Notes under the pieces: model-generated
What the model was told of the DNA's origin: nothing
What the model saw: only the letters and a program-made list of their open reading frames with translations
Databases searched by the model: none
Position numbers and translations under genes: made by a program
NCBI GenBank assembly: GCA_002796125.1
Contig: PCWA01000015.1
Span: 11,650 to 73,903 of the forward strand
Source of the DNA: Candidatus Ghiorseimicrobium undicola
GTDB taxonomy: Bacteria > Omnitrophota > Gorgyraeia > Ghiorseimicrobiales > Ghiorseimicrobiaceae
DNA: 62,254 bases
Direction: 5' to 3'
Shown here: positions 37,191-47,790 of the stretch, piece after piece
How positions within the stretch are numbered: position 1 is the stretch's first letter
Layout of the letters: each line of letters begins with the position of its first letter

Positions 37191-38531
37191 ATGTCCGATC
37201 CGATTCTAGATAAAATTCCGCCTCAGAATATCGAAGCGGAAATGGCTGTCCTTGGCTCTATGCTTCTTGAAGAAGACGCGATACATGACGCAATCGAAGT
37301 TTTAGATGAAAGCCATTTCTATAAAGATATTCACCGTAAAATTTTTTCCTGCGTTGTTAACTTATCTAAGCAGAATAAGCCCGTAGATTTGATTACGCTT
37401 ACCGCGGAATTAAAAAGTATAAATTCGCTGGATGATATCGGCGGAGCAAGCTATTTGACTTCTCTGGTAAATGCCGTGCCTACGGCCGCCAACGTAAAAA
37501 ATTACGCGCGCATAGTTAAAGAAAAAAGCGTATTACGGCTTTTAATAAACAAATCAACGCAGATAATTACTGATAGTTATAATGCCGATAGCAATGTTGA
37601 TGAATTACTGGATAAAGCAGAAAGCGTAATTTTTGAAATTTCCGATAAGCGCGTGGAGGGAAGTTTTCTGCCGATACATGAATTGGTGAACGATGCGGTA
37701 GAGCGCATTGATAAGCTTTACCAGAATAAATCGCAGGTTACGGGTTTGCCTTCAGGGTTTGTAGATTTCGATAGAAAAACAGCGGGATTTCAATCCTCCG
37801 ATTTGATTATTATCGCCGGCAGGCCTTCTATGGGCAAGAGCGCTTTTTCTCTTTGTATTGCTAACTATATCGGGGTGATGGAAAAAATACCCGTTGCTTT
37901 TTTTAGCCTCGAAATGTCCAAGGAGCAGCTTGTGCAGCGGCTATTGTGTCTGCATGCCAGGGTAGACGCGCATAGCGTCAGAACAGGTTTTCTTTCTACA
38001 TCAGATTGGCCAAAGATTACTGCCGCAGCAGGCAAACTTTCAGAATCGGCAATCTTTATTGACGATACCCCGGCGATATCGATATTAGAGTTGCGCGCCA
38101 AGGCCCGCCGGCTTAAATCGCAATATGGCATAAAATTGATAATCGTAGATTACCTTCAGCTTATGCGTAGTTCGATCAAATCACAGGAGTCAAGACAGCA
38201 GGAGATTTCTGAGATATCGCGTTCGCTGAAAGCCCTGGCCCGCGAATTGGATGTGGCCCTTATTGCCATAAGCCAGCTTTCGCGTGCAGTAGAGTCGCGC
38301 ATTGACCATAAGCCGCAGCTTTCGGACTTAAGAGAGTCGGGAGCCATTGAGCAGGATGCGGATGTGGTTGTTTTTCTGTTTCGCGAGGAATATTATAATC
38401 CTACGGAATCCAATAAGGGGCTGGCTGATGTTATAATCTCCAAGCAGAGAAACGGCCCGGTGGGGACGATTAAGCTCACTTTTCTAAAAGAATATACAAA
38501 ATTCGAGGATTCTGCGCGTGTATTTGAATGA
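37191..38531 (+). CDS. dnaB: Replicative DNA helicase
   Basis: PPQNIEAE, GRPSMGKS, FSLEMS, DYLQLM, SQLSR, LRESGAIEQDAD; no intein. Confidence 0.98.
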   Translation: MSDPILDKIPPQNIEAEMAVLGSMLLEEDAIHDAIEVLDESHFYKDIHRKIFSCVVNLSKQNKPVDLITLTAELKSINSLDDIGGASYLTSLVNAVPTAANVKNYARIVKEKSVLRLLINKSTQIITDSYNADSNVDELLDKAESVIFEISDKRVEGSFLPIHELVNDAVERIDKLYQNKSQVTGLPSGFVDFDRKTAGFQSSDLIIIAGRPSMGKSAFSLCIANYIGVMEKIPVAFFSLEMSKEQLVQRLLCLHARVDAHSVRTGFLSTSDWPKITAAAGKLSESAIFIDDTPAISILELRAKARRLKSQYGIKLIIVDYLQLMRSSIKSQESRQQEISEISRSLKALARELDVALIAISQLSRAVESRIDHKPQLSDLRESGAIEQDADVVVFLFREEYYNPTESNKGLADVIISKQRNGPVGTIKLTFLKEYTKFEDSARVFE

Positions 38532-38568
38532 GGCGGCGCGTTGCAGTATTTTGGCCTCGTTAAATTAT

Positions 38569-38597
38569 TTGACTAATTTAAAATATTTATTTATAAT
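38569..38597 (+). promoter_or_regulatory. Putative sigma70 promoter of bamA
   Basis: TTGACT-17-TATAAT, ending 9 nt before the ATG. Confidence 0.55.
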
Positions 38598-38606
38598 AGT
38601 TTAATT

Positions 38607-41000
38607 ATGAAAAAACTACAAAAAGCATTGCGGTTTTTAGGGATCTGTTTATTTTTTGGCGGGTTTATCTGCCTTATTTTTTCTTCTTATTCTATTGCCG
38701 AAGATAAGGGCGGGGAAGATTTGTCCTCTACGGAGGAGGCGGATTTAGACGCGGTAGAGAAGAAGATAACCGTATTGGATATAGAAGGCAATGAAGGCAT
38801 CAGCTCAAGCGTCATCTTATCCAAAATAAAAACCCGTGTAGGCCAGCCATATTCGGTAAATATAGCCAGAGATGATATAAAACGGCTTTATGAATTAGGC
38901 TACTTCAGCGATATAAAAATTATTCTTGAAGATTATCAGGATGGCATAAAAGTTGTATTTTCTTTGAAAAAAAAGCCGATTGTCGCTACTATTGCCTTTA
39001 AGGGCGTAAAATCAATGAATAGGGAGAAAATCCGTAAGGTGACCAATACCCAGGCCGGGCAATACCTGGATTATGTCAAATTAAATCAAGATGTCAAAGA
39101 AATACAAACCTTATACGAGAAGAGGGGATTTTCTAATGCCGCGGTGGAATATAAAGTTAATTTAGACAGCCAACAGGAAAAAGCGGATATTGATTTCATT
39201 ATCGAGGAAGGTAAAAGGGTAAAAATAAAAAGGATTACGCTTTTTGGGGTCAATAGCTTTAAAGATAAAAGAATACTTAAATTAATGAAGACTAAAAAGA
39301 AAGGCTGGTTTAGGGCCGGTTTACTTAAGGAAGACGACCTGGAAGAAGATCTAGAAAGAATATTATCATTTTACAGGGCTAATGGCTTTGCTGATGTTAA
39401 AGCCGAAAAAGAAGTTGAGCGCACAAGAAATTATATATATATTACAATTACCGTAGAAGAAGGAAAGCAGTATCATGTAGGCAGCCTTGCTCTTGAAGGC
39501 AATAATATTATTGCCTCAAGCGATATCCATGACAAGCTATTATTGGTGGGAGGGGAGATTTATACAGAAGATAAATTACGCGATGATGCGGCGGCTATCC
39601 AGACCCTTTATTTCGAAAAAGGTTATATTTTTGCCAGGGTTGATTTTAGCACTTCCCTAAATCCTGATGAGGGGTTAGTAGATATTACATACAGTGTTAT
39701 TGAAAATGAAGTGGCTTATGTCAGGCGTGTAAATGTGCGCGGCAATATAAAAACTAAAGATAAAGTCATCAGGAGGGAATTGCGTATTAATCCCGGAGAG
39801 CAGTTTGACGGCAAGAAGCTTAAAAGAAGCAGGGAAAGATTGTATAACCTTGGTTTTTTTGAAGAAGTCGGCTTTGATATGTTAGATACAGATAATCCCA
39901 ATACGAAAGATTTGGTAGTTGAAGTAAAAGAGGCAAAGACGGGGGAATTTAGTTTTGGCGGAGGCTATAGCTCTGTGGATCAATTCATAGGATTTTTTGA
40001 AATAGCCCAGAGAAATTTTGATTTTAAGAATTTCAAAACTTTTACTGGCGCGGGGCAGGATTTAAGGCTTAAAGCCCAGTTAGGCTCTATATCGAATAGC
40101 TTTGAGCTTAGTTTTACCGAGCCTTGGATTTTTGACTATCCTTTGTCATTTGGATTTGACGCTTACAGGACAGATCGTGAGAGGGAAAGCGATGTTGGTT
40201 ATGGTTTTGATGAGGATAGAAGCGGGGGGGATATAAGGCTGGCTAAAGAATTCGGTGAATTTATCAAAAGCGGCTTAACTTACCGCATAGAAAATGTAAA
40301 GATAAGCAATATCCCTTCCGATGCAACTAGTGATTTAAAAAATGAAGAAGGAGAAAATTTAATAAGTAGTTTGGGTTTTAGCCTGGTACGCGATGACCGC
40401 GATAATATTTTTAGCCCGACCAGAGGCACTGTTTTGGGCGGATCAATAGAAGTGGCAGGCGGGCCTTTTGGCGGAGACAAGGATTTTTATAGGGTTATCG
40501 GCCGGGGAGTCTATGATATGCCGGTTTTCAAGATCGGGAAAACAAAGCGTGCTGAAGAGGCAAAATATTCGGTCCTGGAGTTCCGCCTGCGCACCGGGAT
40601 AGTAGATGAATTTGATGATTCAGAGAGTGTTCCGATATATGAAAGATTTTATCTAGGCGGTTCAAACAGCGTAAGGGGTTATAATGAGCGTAAAATCGGC
40701 CCCCTGGATTCTGTAACGGAAGACCCATTGGGCGGAGAGGCCATGGTTTTGGCTAACATTGAATATGTCCATCCTATAGTTGATTTTATTAAAGGGGCCG
40801 TATTTTACGATGTCGGAAATGTATGGGCGGATTCGAAGGATCTGGGTAATGGTGGATTTAAAGCCGGTATAGGTTTGGGCGTACGTATTAAGACGCCGAT
40901 AGGCCCGATAAAACTGGATTATGGTTTTCCTCTTAATGAAGAACCGGGAGAAGATACGAAGACCGGTAAATTCCATTTTAGCGTAAGCCGCGGATTTTAA
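38607..41000 (+). CDS. bamA: Outer membrane protein assembly factor BamA
   Basis: POTRA repeats, KDKVIRREL, VRGY motif, GIGLGVRIKTPIGPI, C-terminal Phe. Confidence 0.96.
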   Translation: MKKLQKALRFLGICLFFGGFICLIFSSYSIAEDKGGEDLSSTEEADLDAVEKKITVLDIEGNEGISSSVILSKIKTRVGQPYSVNIARDDIKRLYELGYFSDIKIILEDYQDGIKVVFSLKKKPIVATIAFKGVKSMNREKIRKVTNTQAGQYLDYVKLNQDVKEIQTLYEKRGFSNAAVEYKVNLDSQQEKADIDFIIEEGKRVKIKRITLFGVNSFKDKRILKLMKTKKKGWFRAGLLKEDDLEEDLERILSFYRANGFADVKAEKEVERTRNYIYITITVEEGKQYHVGSLALEGNNIIASSDIHDKLLLVGGEIYTEDKLRDDAAAIQTLYFEKGYIFARVDFSTSLNPDEGLVDITYSVIENEVAYVRRVNVRGNIKTKDKVIRRELRINPGEQFDGKKLKRSRERLYNLGFFEEVGFDMLDTDNPNTKDLVVEVKEAKTGEFSFGGGYSSVDQFIGFFEIAQRNFDFKNFKTFTGAGQDLRLKAQLGSISNSFELSFTEPWIFDYPLSFGFDAYRTDRERESDVGYGFDEDRSGGDIRLAKEFGEFIKSGLTYRIENVKISNIPSDATSDLKNEEGENLISSLGFSLVRDDRDNIFSPTRGTVLGGSIEVAGGPFGGDKDFYRVIGRGVYDMPVFKIGKTKRAEEAKYSVLEFRLRTGIVDEFDDSESVPIYERFYLGGSNSVRGYNERKIGPLDSVTEDPLGGEAMVLANIEYVHPIVDFIKGAVFYDVGNVWADSKDLGNGGFKAGIGLGVRIKTPIGPIKLDYGFPLNEEPGEDTKTGKFHFSVSRGF

Positions 41001-41125
41001 GTAAGGAGTAGAAGATAACCAAGAAACATCCTGCGTTTTTAAGGCAGCCGGCGCTTAAGGGAATCGCGCCGCTGTGCACTTGTGGGCAATTGCGTAGGTG
41101 TTCACTAATTGTGAAGGAGCAAGAG

Positions 41126-41635
41126 ATGAGAAAGAGAATATGGATATTTGTTTTTTTATTTTTGTCATGTTTTTTGTACGATAAGTCTGTTTTCGCCGCA
41201 GATAAATTCGCATACGTAAATTTGGGCAAAATTTTTAATGAGTATATAGTGACCAAAGAATACGATAAGGAGCTGGAAAAGAAACAAAAAAGTTATGAGC
41301 AGGATCGCGATAAAAAACTTGAAGAAATAAAGAGTATGCAGGATAAGCTTAGCCTTTTAAACGATAAAGAAAAAACTAAAAAGCAAACCGAAATGCAGGA
41401 AAAAATATCCGCTTTCAAAGAATATGAAAACGGCATATTGCAGGATTTAAGGAAGGAAAGAGACGATAAAATCAAAGGCATATTGGAGGATATAGAAGAG
41501 GCTGTACGCCAATACGCCGTGAAAGAAGGATATACGCTGGTATTTAATGATAGGGTTTTGGTGTATCAGGATAAAAGTTACGATATAACAGAGGCGATCA
41601 TCGCAATTGTTAACAGCAATTTAAAGAAGAAATAA
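41126..41635 (+). CDS. skp: OmpH/Skp family chaperone
   Basis: Signal peptide, FAYVNL, coiled coil, GYTLVF, DITE. Start moved to ATG 41126. Confidence 0.9.
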   Translation: MRKRIWIFVFLFLSCFLYDKSVFAADKFAYVNLGKIFNEYIVTKEYDKELEKKQKSYEQDRDKKLEEIKSMQDKLSLLNDKEKTKKQTEMQEKISAFKEYENGILQDLRKERDDKIKGILEDIEEAVRQYAVKEGYTLVFNDRVLVYQDKSYDITEAIIAIVNSNLKKK

Positions 41636-41661
41636 AAAGAAGGGCTTTTAGCCCTAATAAT

Positions 41662-42723
41662 ATGCCTAAATTTGAAAAAACTTTATCTGAAATCGCAAAG
41701 ATTATAGATGGAGAAGTGGTTGGTGACGGCAGCATAGTTATTACCGGTTTATGCGGCATAAAAGAAGCCAACCCGGGAGATTTGACCTTTGTGGCCAATT
41801 CTAGATACCTACCTTTGATTAAGCATACGCAGGCTTCAGCTGTTATCACTTCCAAAGATATTGAATCGGCTTCTAAGCCTATAATTAAGACAGAAAATCC
41901 TTCTTGGGCGTTTGCCAAGATGGTTTCTTTTTTATCTCCTAATCATGCCTTGCATCCGGCGGGAATACATCCTACGGCTATATTAGGTAAAAATGTAAAA
42001 TTGGGTAAAAATGTCGCGATTGGCCCGTATACAGTAGTTGAAGATGAGGTTTCTATTTCAGATGATACTACTATATATGCCAGTTGTTATGTAGGGCATC
42101 ATTGCGTTATAGGGGCATGTGTGTTGGTTTATCCGAATGTTTCAATAAGAGAAAGAGTAGTTATAGGAAAGAATGTTATTATACATAGCGGTAGTGTTAT
42201 AGGCTCAGATGGTTTTGGTTTTGCCACTGTTCGCGGTATACATGAAAAAATCCCGCAAATAGGCACGGTTTTAATTGAAGACAATGTGGAAATTGGTGCA
42301 AATGTTACAATTGACAGGGCGCGTTTTGATAAAACCATAATAGGTAAAGGCACAAAGATAGATAATCTTGTCCAGATCGCCCATAATGTAGTTATAGGAG
42401 AAAATTCAATTGTTGTATCACAGGCAGGGATTTCAGGAAGCACGACGATAGGTAAAGGCGTGATATTGGCAGGACAGGCAGGCATCGTAGGGCATATTAC
42501 GATAGGGGATGGGGCAGTCGTTGCAGCCCAGGCAGGGGTGACAAAATCAGTACCTGCGAATACAAAGGTTTCCGGTTATCCCGCTAAGCCGCATGAAACA
42601 GCCAAGCGGGTTAATGCCTGCCTTCAGAGATTACCGGAGCTTCATAAAACGATCAATCTATTGAAAGAAAAAATCAAAGAATTAGAGGAGAAATTAAATG
42701 ATAGAAAAGCAGCAGACCATTAA
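41662..42723 (+). CDS. lpxD: UDP-3-O-acylglucosamine N-acyltransferase
   Basis: [30 protein letters not shown]. Confidence 0.96.
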   Translation: MPKFEKTLSEIAKIIDGEVVGDGSIVITGLCGIKEANPGDLTFVANSRYLPLIKHTQASAVITSKDIESASKPIIKTENPSWAFAKMVSFLSPNHALHPAGIHPTAILGKNVKLGKNVAIGPYTVVEDEVSISDDTTIYASCYVGHHCVIGACVLVYPNVSIRERVVIGKNVIIHSGSVIGSDGFGFATVRGIHEKIPQIGTVLIEDNVEIGANVTIDRARFDKTIIGKGTKIDNLVQIAHNVVIGENSIVVSQAGISGSTTIGKGVILAGQAGIVGHITIGDGAVVAAQAGVTKSVPANTKVSGYPAKPHETAKRVNACLQRLPELHKTINLLKEKIKELEEKLNDRKAADH

Positions 42724-44023
42724 AAAAGAACTTAGTATAAAGGGGGTTGGCCTGCATACAGGCAATGAAGTAACGGTTAGGTTTAAATCTGCCGCCGTAA
42801 ATTCCGGAATAAATTTTATAAGGGTAGATTTGCCGGAAAGGCCGGTTATAAAAGCGGATATCAAAAACCTTCTTGATTTAAATAAAAGCCCGCGCCGGAC
42901 GTCTGTAGGCTGCAACGGTGCTGAGATCCATACTATAGAACACCTAATGGCTGTTCTTTGCGGCTTGTGCATTGACAATATAGCTATAGAGATAGATGGC
43001 AATGAAGTGCCCGGGCTTGATGGCAGCGGCATCGGTTTTTTAGAAATCTTAACAAAGGCCGGGATACAAGAGCAGGAGGCCGCGCGTAAATATTTTCTTC
43101 TAAAGGAGCCGGTATGGGCAGAAGAAGAAAATACTTCGCTGGTTATTGTTCCTGCTTCAGATTTTCGCATATCTTATACCTTAAGTTATGAGCATACAAT
43201 ATTAGGGGATCAATATTTTGATGCGGTTATAGATTGCAACGCCTTTTCTAAAGATATCGCTTCTTCCAGGACGTTTTGCCTTGAGGAAGAATCTACTACT
43301 CTGCAAAGCCAGGGATTGGGAAAAGGGGCCAGTTATGATAATACGCTGGTTGTCGGTAAAACCGATATAATTAAGAACAAATTAAGGTTTGAGAATGAGT
43401 TCGTCAGGCATAAGGTATTGGACTTGATAGGAGATTTATACTTATTAGGCCTGCCCCTTAAAGGCCATGTTATCGCTTTAAAGAGCGGCCATCCTTTGAA
43501 TATTAAGTTATTAAAAAAAATATCACAGCAGAAAGACAGGTATGAAATGGCCGGCATAAAATCCGGCATCGGGATTGATTATACATCCGGTAAAGAATTA
43601 GATTCTCAGGCAGTTATGAATATTCTTCCGCACCGCTATCCGTTTTTATTTGTGGACAGGGTGTTGCAGCTTGAGGCTGGTAAGCGCGCCGTTGGAGTAA
43701 AAAATGTTACTATAAACGATAATTTTTTTAATGGCCATTTCCCCGGCAAGCCGGTTATGCCCGGAGTTTTGATAGTTGAAGCTATGGCTCAGATAGGAGG
43801 AGTTATGATGCTGGCTTCTGAAGAGCATAGAGGAAAGCTTGCTTATTTTCTCGCCGCCGATAATGTAAGGTTTCGAAAAACTGTTTTACCCGGAGACCAG
43901 CTGGTGCTTGAAGCGGAGGCGGCAAAAATAAAATCTAAGACCGGAAAGGTCCGCGCCCGGGCTTTAGTTGACGGCAAGGTAGTTGCGGAAGCGGATTTGA
44001 TGTTCGCATTGGTTGATTCATGA
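42698..44023 (+). CDS. lpxC: Bifunctional LpxC deacetylase / FabZ dehydratase
   Basis: [20 protein letters not shown]; then [30 protein letters not shown]. Confidence 0.96.
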   Translation: MIEKQQTIKKELSIKGVGLHTGNEVTVRFKSAAVNSGINFIRVDLPERPVIKADIKNLLDLNKSPRRTSVGCNGAEIHTIEHLMAVLCGLCIDNIAIEIDGNEVPGLDGSGIGFLEILTKAGIQEQEAARKYFLLKEPVWAEEENTSLVIVPASDFRISYTLSYEHTILGDQYFDAVIDCNAFSKDIASSRTFCLEEESTTLQSQGLGKGASYDNTLVVGKTDIIKNKLRFENEFVRHKVLDLIGDLYLLGLPLKGHVIALKSGHPLNIKLLKKISQQKDRYEMAGIKSGIGIDYTSGKELDSQAVMNILPHRYPFLFVDRVLQLEAGKRAVGVKNVTINDNFFNGHFPGKPVMPGVLIVEAMAQIGGVMMLASEEHRGKLAYFLAADNVRFRKTVLPGDQLVLEAEAAKIKSKTGKVRARALVDGKVVAEADLMFALVDS

Positions 44024-44191
44024 ATTAAGCCGCGGCTTAAAAAGTAAAATACCAATAAAGCATTTATTTAAAATCGCCCTTGATATGGTAAACCCGGCGT
44101 TCTTATGGACGCGGGGATGAGTGTCAAGGGCGTAGCTCAAACAGTAACTTATGGAAAAGCGCGCATGTCATAAGTTGCAGTTTTGTTGATT

Positions 44192-44971
44192 ATGAATATA
44201 GACCAGACGGCAATTGTTTCCAAAAAGGCTAGCTTAGGCGTCAATATCGAAGTCGGGCCATATAGCATTATTGAAGACAATGTGATTATCGGTAAAAATA
44301 CAAAAATCGGCGCGCATTGCCATATATGTAAAAATACCACTATTGGCGACAACTGCAGTATATTTACCGGTGCGGTAATAGGCAGCATACCGCAGGATTT
44401 AAAATTTTCAGGAGAAGAAAGCCTTTTATTTATCGGCAATGATAATATAATACGGGAGTATTCGACTATAAACTTGGGTACGGGCAAAGGCGGTAAAACA
44501 GTAATCGGCTCAAGAAACCTGATTATGGCTTATTCCCACGTAGCGCATGACTGCATGGTGGGCAATGATTGCGTTATTGCAAACGGGGGAACTCTTGCAG
44601 GGCATGTTCAAGTCGCAGATAAGGCGATTATAGGAGGGTTGGTGGCAATACATCAATTTAGCCGCGTGGGTACGCTTTCTATTATCGGCGGTTGTTCTAA
44701 AGTTGTTCAGGATATTCCGCCATATTCTACTTGCGACGGCCATCCTTCAAGGGTTTATGGCTTAAACCTTATAGGCTTAAGAAGGTCCGGCCTGGATAAC
44801 AAAATTATTGTTCAGTTAAAGCAAGCTTTTAAGATTATTTTTTTCTCACAGCATACTATTAATAGCGCGCTACAAGAGATTAAAAAAGAAATTCCAAATT
44901 CCCAATATCTTTCCCAGTTATTAGATTTTATGACTACGTCTAAGAGAGGCGTTTGTAAAGCGGTTCGTTAG
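44192..44971 (+). CDS. lpxA: UDP-N-acetylglucosamine acyltransferase
   Basis: PQDLKF, IREY, HVAHDC, LAGHV, HQF. Start at ATG 44192. Confidence 0.96.
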   Translation: MNIDQTAIVSKKASLGVNIEVGPYSIIEDNVIIGKNTKIGAHCHICKNTTIGDNCSIFTGAVIGSIPQDLKFSGEESLLFIGNDNIIREYSTINLGTGKGGKTVIGSRNLIMAYSHVAHDCMVGNDCVIANGGTLAGHVQVADKAIIGGLVAIHQFSRVGTLSIIGGCSKVVQDIPPYSTCDGHPSRVYGLNLIGLRRSGLDNKIIVQLKQAFKIIFFSQHTINSALQEIKKEIPNSQYLSQLLDFMTTSKRGVCKAVR

Positions 44972-45059
44972 TTATTGGCCGCGGCCAAGCTTTTAGGCGT
45001 CCGATTGCGCGTTGCCTGTCGGCCTTATCAGAGTTTCAAAAATAATTACTAAAAATATT

Positions 45060-45878
45060 ATGGAAAAAAACACATTCAAAAAAATTGGCCTTATAGCCGG
45101 TTCCGGCCGCTTCCCTTTATTGTTTTCGCAAGAGGCGAAAAAAAACGGCGTAAGTGTCGTGGCTATAGCGGTAAAAGGCGATACCTGTAATAAGCTCAAT
45201 CGCTGCGTTGATAAAATTATCTGGCTTAAAATTTCTGAATTCAAGAGAATATTCGATATTTTTAAAAGCGAAAATATAGATAAGGCGGCCATGGCAGGTC
45301 AAATTAGCCCGAGGCGCCTTTTTGACAAAAGGAATAATTTTGGCCCGGAATTAAAAAAGTTACTAGAACGTATTAGGGATAAAAAAGCTGATACTATTTT
45401 TTCCGCTGTTGCCGAAGAATTGAATAGCCATGGCATAGAGGTAATAAGTTCGCTTCTTTTTCTTTCAGAATATATACCGCAAAAGTCAGTATTGACAAAG
45501 CGTAAGCCTGTCGATTCACAGTGGCAGGACATATATTTCGGGCTGGATATTGCTAAAAAAATAGCGGGTTTGGATATAGGCCAGACGGTTGTTGTTAAGC
45601 AGAAAGCGGTTCTTGCTGTTGAAGCGCTGGAGGGGACGGATGTAACTATAGCCAGAGGGGGCTTGATTGGGCGCGGCAATTCCACTGTTATTAAAGTGAG
45701 CAAGCCGAATCAGGATATGCGTTTTGATGTTCCCGTTGTGGGCCTTAAGACTATGCGTAGGCTATCGGCTTCAGGGATAAATTGCCTGGCGCTCGAAGCA
45801 GGCAGAACCATTATTTTGGATAAAAAGGAAGTAATAAGTTTTGCCGACAAAAAAGGTATTATAATTGCCGCTGTATAA
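45060..45878 (+). CDS. lpxI: UDP-2,3-diacylglucosamine hydrolase LpxI
   Basis: GLIAGSGRFP, DIGQTVVV, EALEGTD, QDMRFDVPVVG. Start at ATG 45060. Confidence 0.93.
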   Translation: MEKNTFKKIGLIAGSGRFPLLFSQEAKKNGVSVVAIAVKGDTCNKLNRCVDKIIWLKISEFKRIFDIFKSENIDKAAMAGQISPRRLFDKRNNFGPELKKLLERIRDKKADTIFSAVAEELNSHGIEVISSLLFLSEYIPQKSVLTKRKPVDSQWQDIYFGLDIAKKIAGLDIGQTVVVKQKAVLAVEALEGTDVTIARGGLIGRGNSTVIKVSKPNQDMRFDVPVVGLKTMRRLSASGINCLALEAGRTIILDKKEVISFADKKGIIIAAV

Positions 45879-45911
45879 TTCGCCCATATCTCGCCGCAGG
45901 CGGATGGATCC
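45876..45911 (+). repeat. Solitary type-1 hairpin module beginning in the lpxI stop codon
   Basis: taattcgcccatatctcgccgcaggcggatggatcc; closely similar to the reverse complement of 51475-51513. Confidence 0.8.
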
Positions 45912-45925
45912 AGTAATTTAAAAAC

Positions 45926-46645
45926 ATGAAGTACATATACGGACCTGTTAAATCCAGGCGCCTTGGGCTTTCCCTTGGGATATCTTTGGTGCCTTATAAG
46001 ATGTGCAATCTGGATTGCATATATTGCCAGCTGGGGCCGACGGCAAAACGCACGCTGAAAAGAAAACAATATATTAAGATAAAAGATATTATAAGCGAGC
46101 TAAGCGAATTTATCAATTCAGCGGATTTTAAGAATATGAATATCGATTATATAAGCCTTTCAGGTACAGGTGAACCTTTATTGAATTCAAAAATAGATGT
46201 TTTAATAGATGAAATAAAAAAACTTAGCACTATACCGATTGCTTTGATCACTAATGCGTCTTTGTTTAAAGAGAAGCGCATACGAGATAGTATTTTGGGT
46301 GTCGATTTGATTATGCCTTCTTTGGATGCCATAGATAATGAGACATTTAAAGCTATTGACAGGCCGGCTAAAGGGTTATGCATAGAGGATATCATAAAAG
46401 GCCTGGTTAATTTAAGGAATGAATTTGGCGGCAAGATCTTTCTGGAGATAATGATCGTCAAGGGAGTCAATGATAATCTTAGTTATTTCCAGGAGTTTAA
46501 ACATGTTATCGCAAGAATCGACCCCGATAAGGTGCATCTTAATGTCCCCAAAAGGCATACATCGGAAGCGGGGGTTTCTGTCCCCGATAGAGAAGTATTA
46601 AAAAAAATATGTAAAATTTTAGGCGATAAATGCGAAATAATATAA
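45926..46645 (+). CDS. Radical SAM protein (COG0731-like)
   Basis: YGPVKSRRLGLSLGI, CNLDCIYC, SGTGEP. Confidence 0.88.
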   Translation: MKYIYGPVKSRRLGLSLGISLVPYKMCNLDCIYCQLGPTAKRTLKRKQYIKIKDIISELSEFINSADFKNMNIDYISLSGTGEPLLNSKIDVLIDEIKKLSTIPIALITNASLFKEKRIRDSILGVDLIMPSLDAIDNETFKAIDRPAKGLCIEDIIKGLVNLRNEFGGKIFLEIMIVKGVNDNLSYFQEFKHVIARIDPDKVHLNVPKRHTSEAGVSVPDREVLKKICKILGDKCEII

Positions 46646-46654
46646 TTTCGACTA

Positions 46655-47092
46655 ATGCGGATAATTACAAAAAATAGCGAAGAGACAAAAGAATTCGGCA
46701 GAAAGCTGGCAAAGAAATTGAAACCTTGTTCTGTCATCGCGCTTTTCGGCGGATTAGGGTCGGGAAAAACCGTTTTGACAAAGGGAATAGCTGATGGCTT
46801 GGGAATAAAAAAAGCGGCTGTTATAAGCCCTACATTCGTTTTATTGAGGGAGTATGCTTCCGGTAAAGTTAAATTATATCATTTTGATTTATACCGGATT
46901 AAAAAAACAGATATCTTAAGTCTTGGGATAGACGAGTATTTATACGGCGACGGCATAAGCGTGGTTGAGTGGGCTGAGAGAATCGAAGACTATCTTCCTC
47001 GGGACTGCATGAAAATAGAAATTTCCGTTTTGGGCGAAAATAAGCGCTTGATTAATGTTAAAATGCGGCAAATAAAATCTCAGGCCCGATGA
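46655..47092 (+). CDS. tsaE: tRNA threonylcarbamoyladenosine biosynthesis ATPase
   Basis: GGLGSGKT, SPTF, HFDLYR, VEWAE. Confidence 0.95.
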   Translation: MRIITKNSEETKEFGRKLAKKLKPCSVIALFGGLGSGKTVLTKGIADGLGIKKAAVISPTFVLLREYASGKVKLYHFDLYRIKKTDILSLGIDEYLYGDGISVVEWAERIEDYLPRDCMKIEISVLGENKRLINVKMRQIKSQAR

Positions 47093-47790
47093 AGATATTA
47101 GGCATTGATACTTCTACTAAATTTTTAAGTATTACTTTGACTGAAAATGAAAAAGTTATTTTTGATTACCGTTATAACGCGGGCAGGAAGCATTCTGTCC
47201 TGCTTTTAGGCGCTTTAGAGAGGATGCTTAATAGAAGCAATATTAATATTGATAATATCGGCGCCTTTTGCGTAGGTTTGGGGCCGGGGTCCTTTACCGG
47301 CATGCGTATTTCGATGTCTATGGCTAAGGCATTTTCTTTCGGGCTGGGTGCCGGAATTTTAGGTATTCCTACCCTGGATGTAATCGCGCATAACATAAAG
47401 GAAAATGGGAATATCTCTGTAATATCGGATGCGCGCAGGGGTAATGTATATAGCGCGTTTTATAAGAGAGAAAACGATAAAGTCAGGAGATTGACGCCTT
47501 ATTTGCTTCTGGATTTTGATAATTGGCTGGGCATGCTGAATAAAAAGACATTTATCACCGGTGAAGCTATTGCCGGCAATAAAGATAAATTACGCGCTTG
47601 CAATAATGCGCTTTGCCTTCCTGAGGAATTTTGGTACCCCGGCGGTAAAAATTTAAATAAGCTCGCTTATGATAGGATCCTGAGCCATGGCCATGATGAT
47701 ATTGCTAAGTTGAACCCCATGTATCTTTACCCTAAGGAATGCCAAATTAAGCCGCAGATTCCACAGATTAAAAAAAGCAAAAATGAATAA
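47089..47790 (+). CDS. tsaB: tRNA threonylcarbamoyladenosine biosynthesis protein TsaB
   Basis: LGIDTS, KHS, GPGSFTGMRI, DARRG, PMYL. Confidence 0.95.
   Translation: MKILGIDTSTKFLSITLTENEKVIFDYRYNAGRKHSVLLLGALERMLNRSNINIDNIGAFCVGLGPGSFTGMRISMSMAKAFSFGLGAGILGIPTLDVIAHNIKENGNISVISDARRGNVYSAFYKRENDKVRRLTPYLLLDFDNWLGMLNKKTFITGEAIAGNKDKLRACNNALCLPEEFWYPGGKNLNKLAYDRILSHGHDDIAKLNPMYLYPKECQIKPQIPQIKKSKNE

Noticed and set aside
41001-41125. bamA-skp intergenic region with GAGTAG, TGCGTT, GGGAAT and CGCTG words reminiscent of a THF riboswitch
   Set aside because: The pairing partner of the TGCGT strand and the spacing do not fit, and the downstream gene is unrelated to folate. An Infernal/Rfam scan would settle it.
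42698-44023. LpxC-FabZ fusion as a novelty
   Set aside because: A well-known architecture in Bacteroidota, Chlorobi and PVC-related bacteria.
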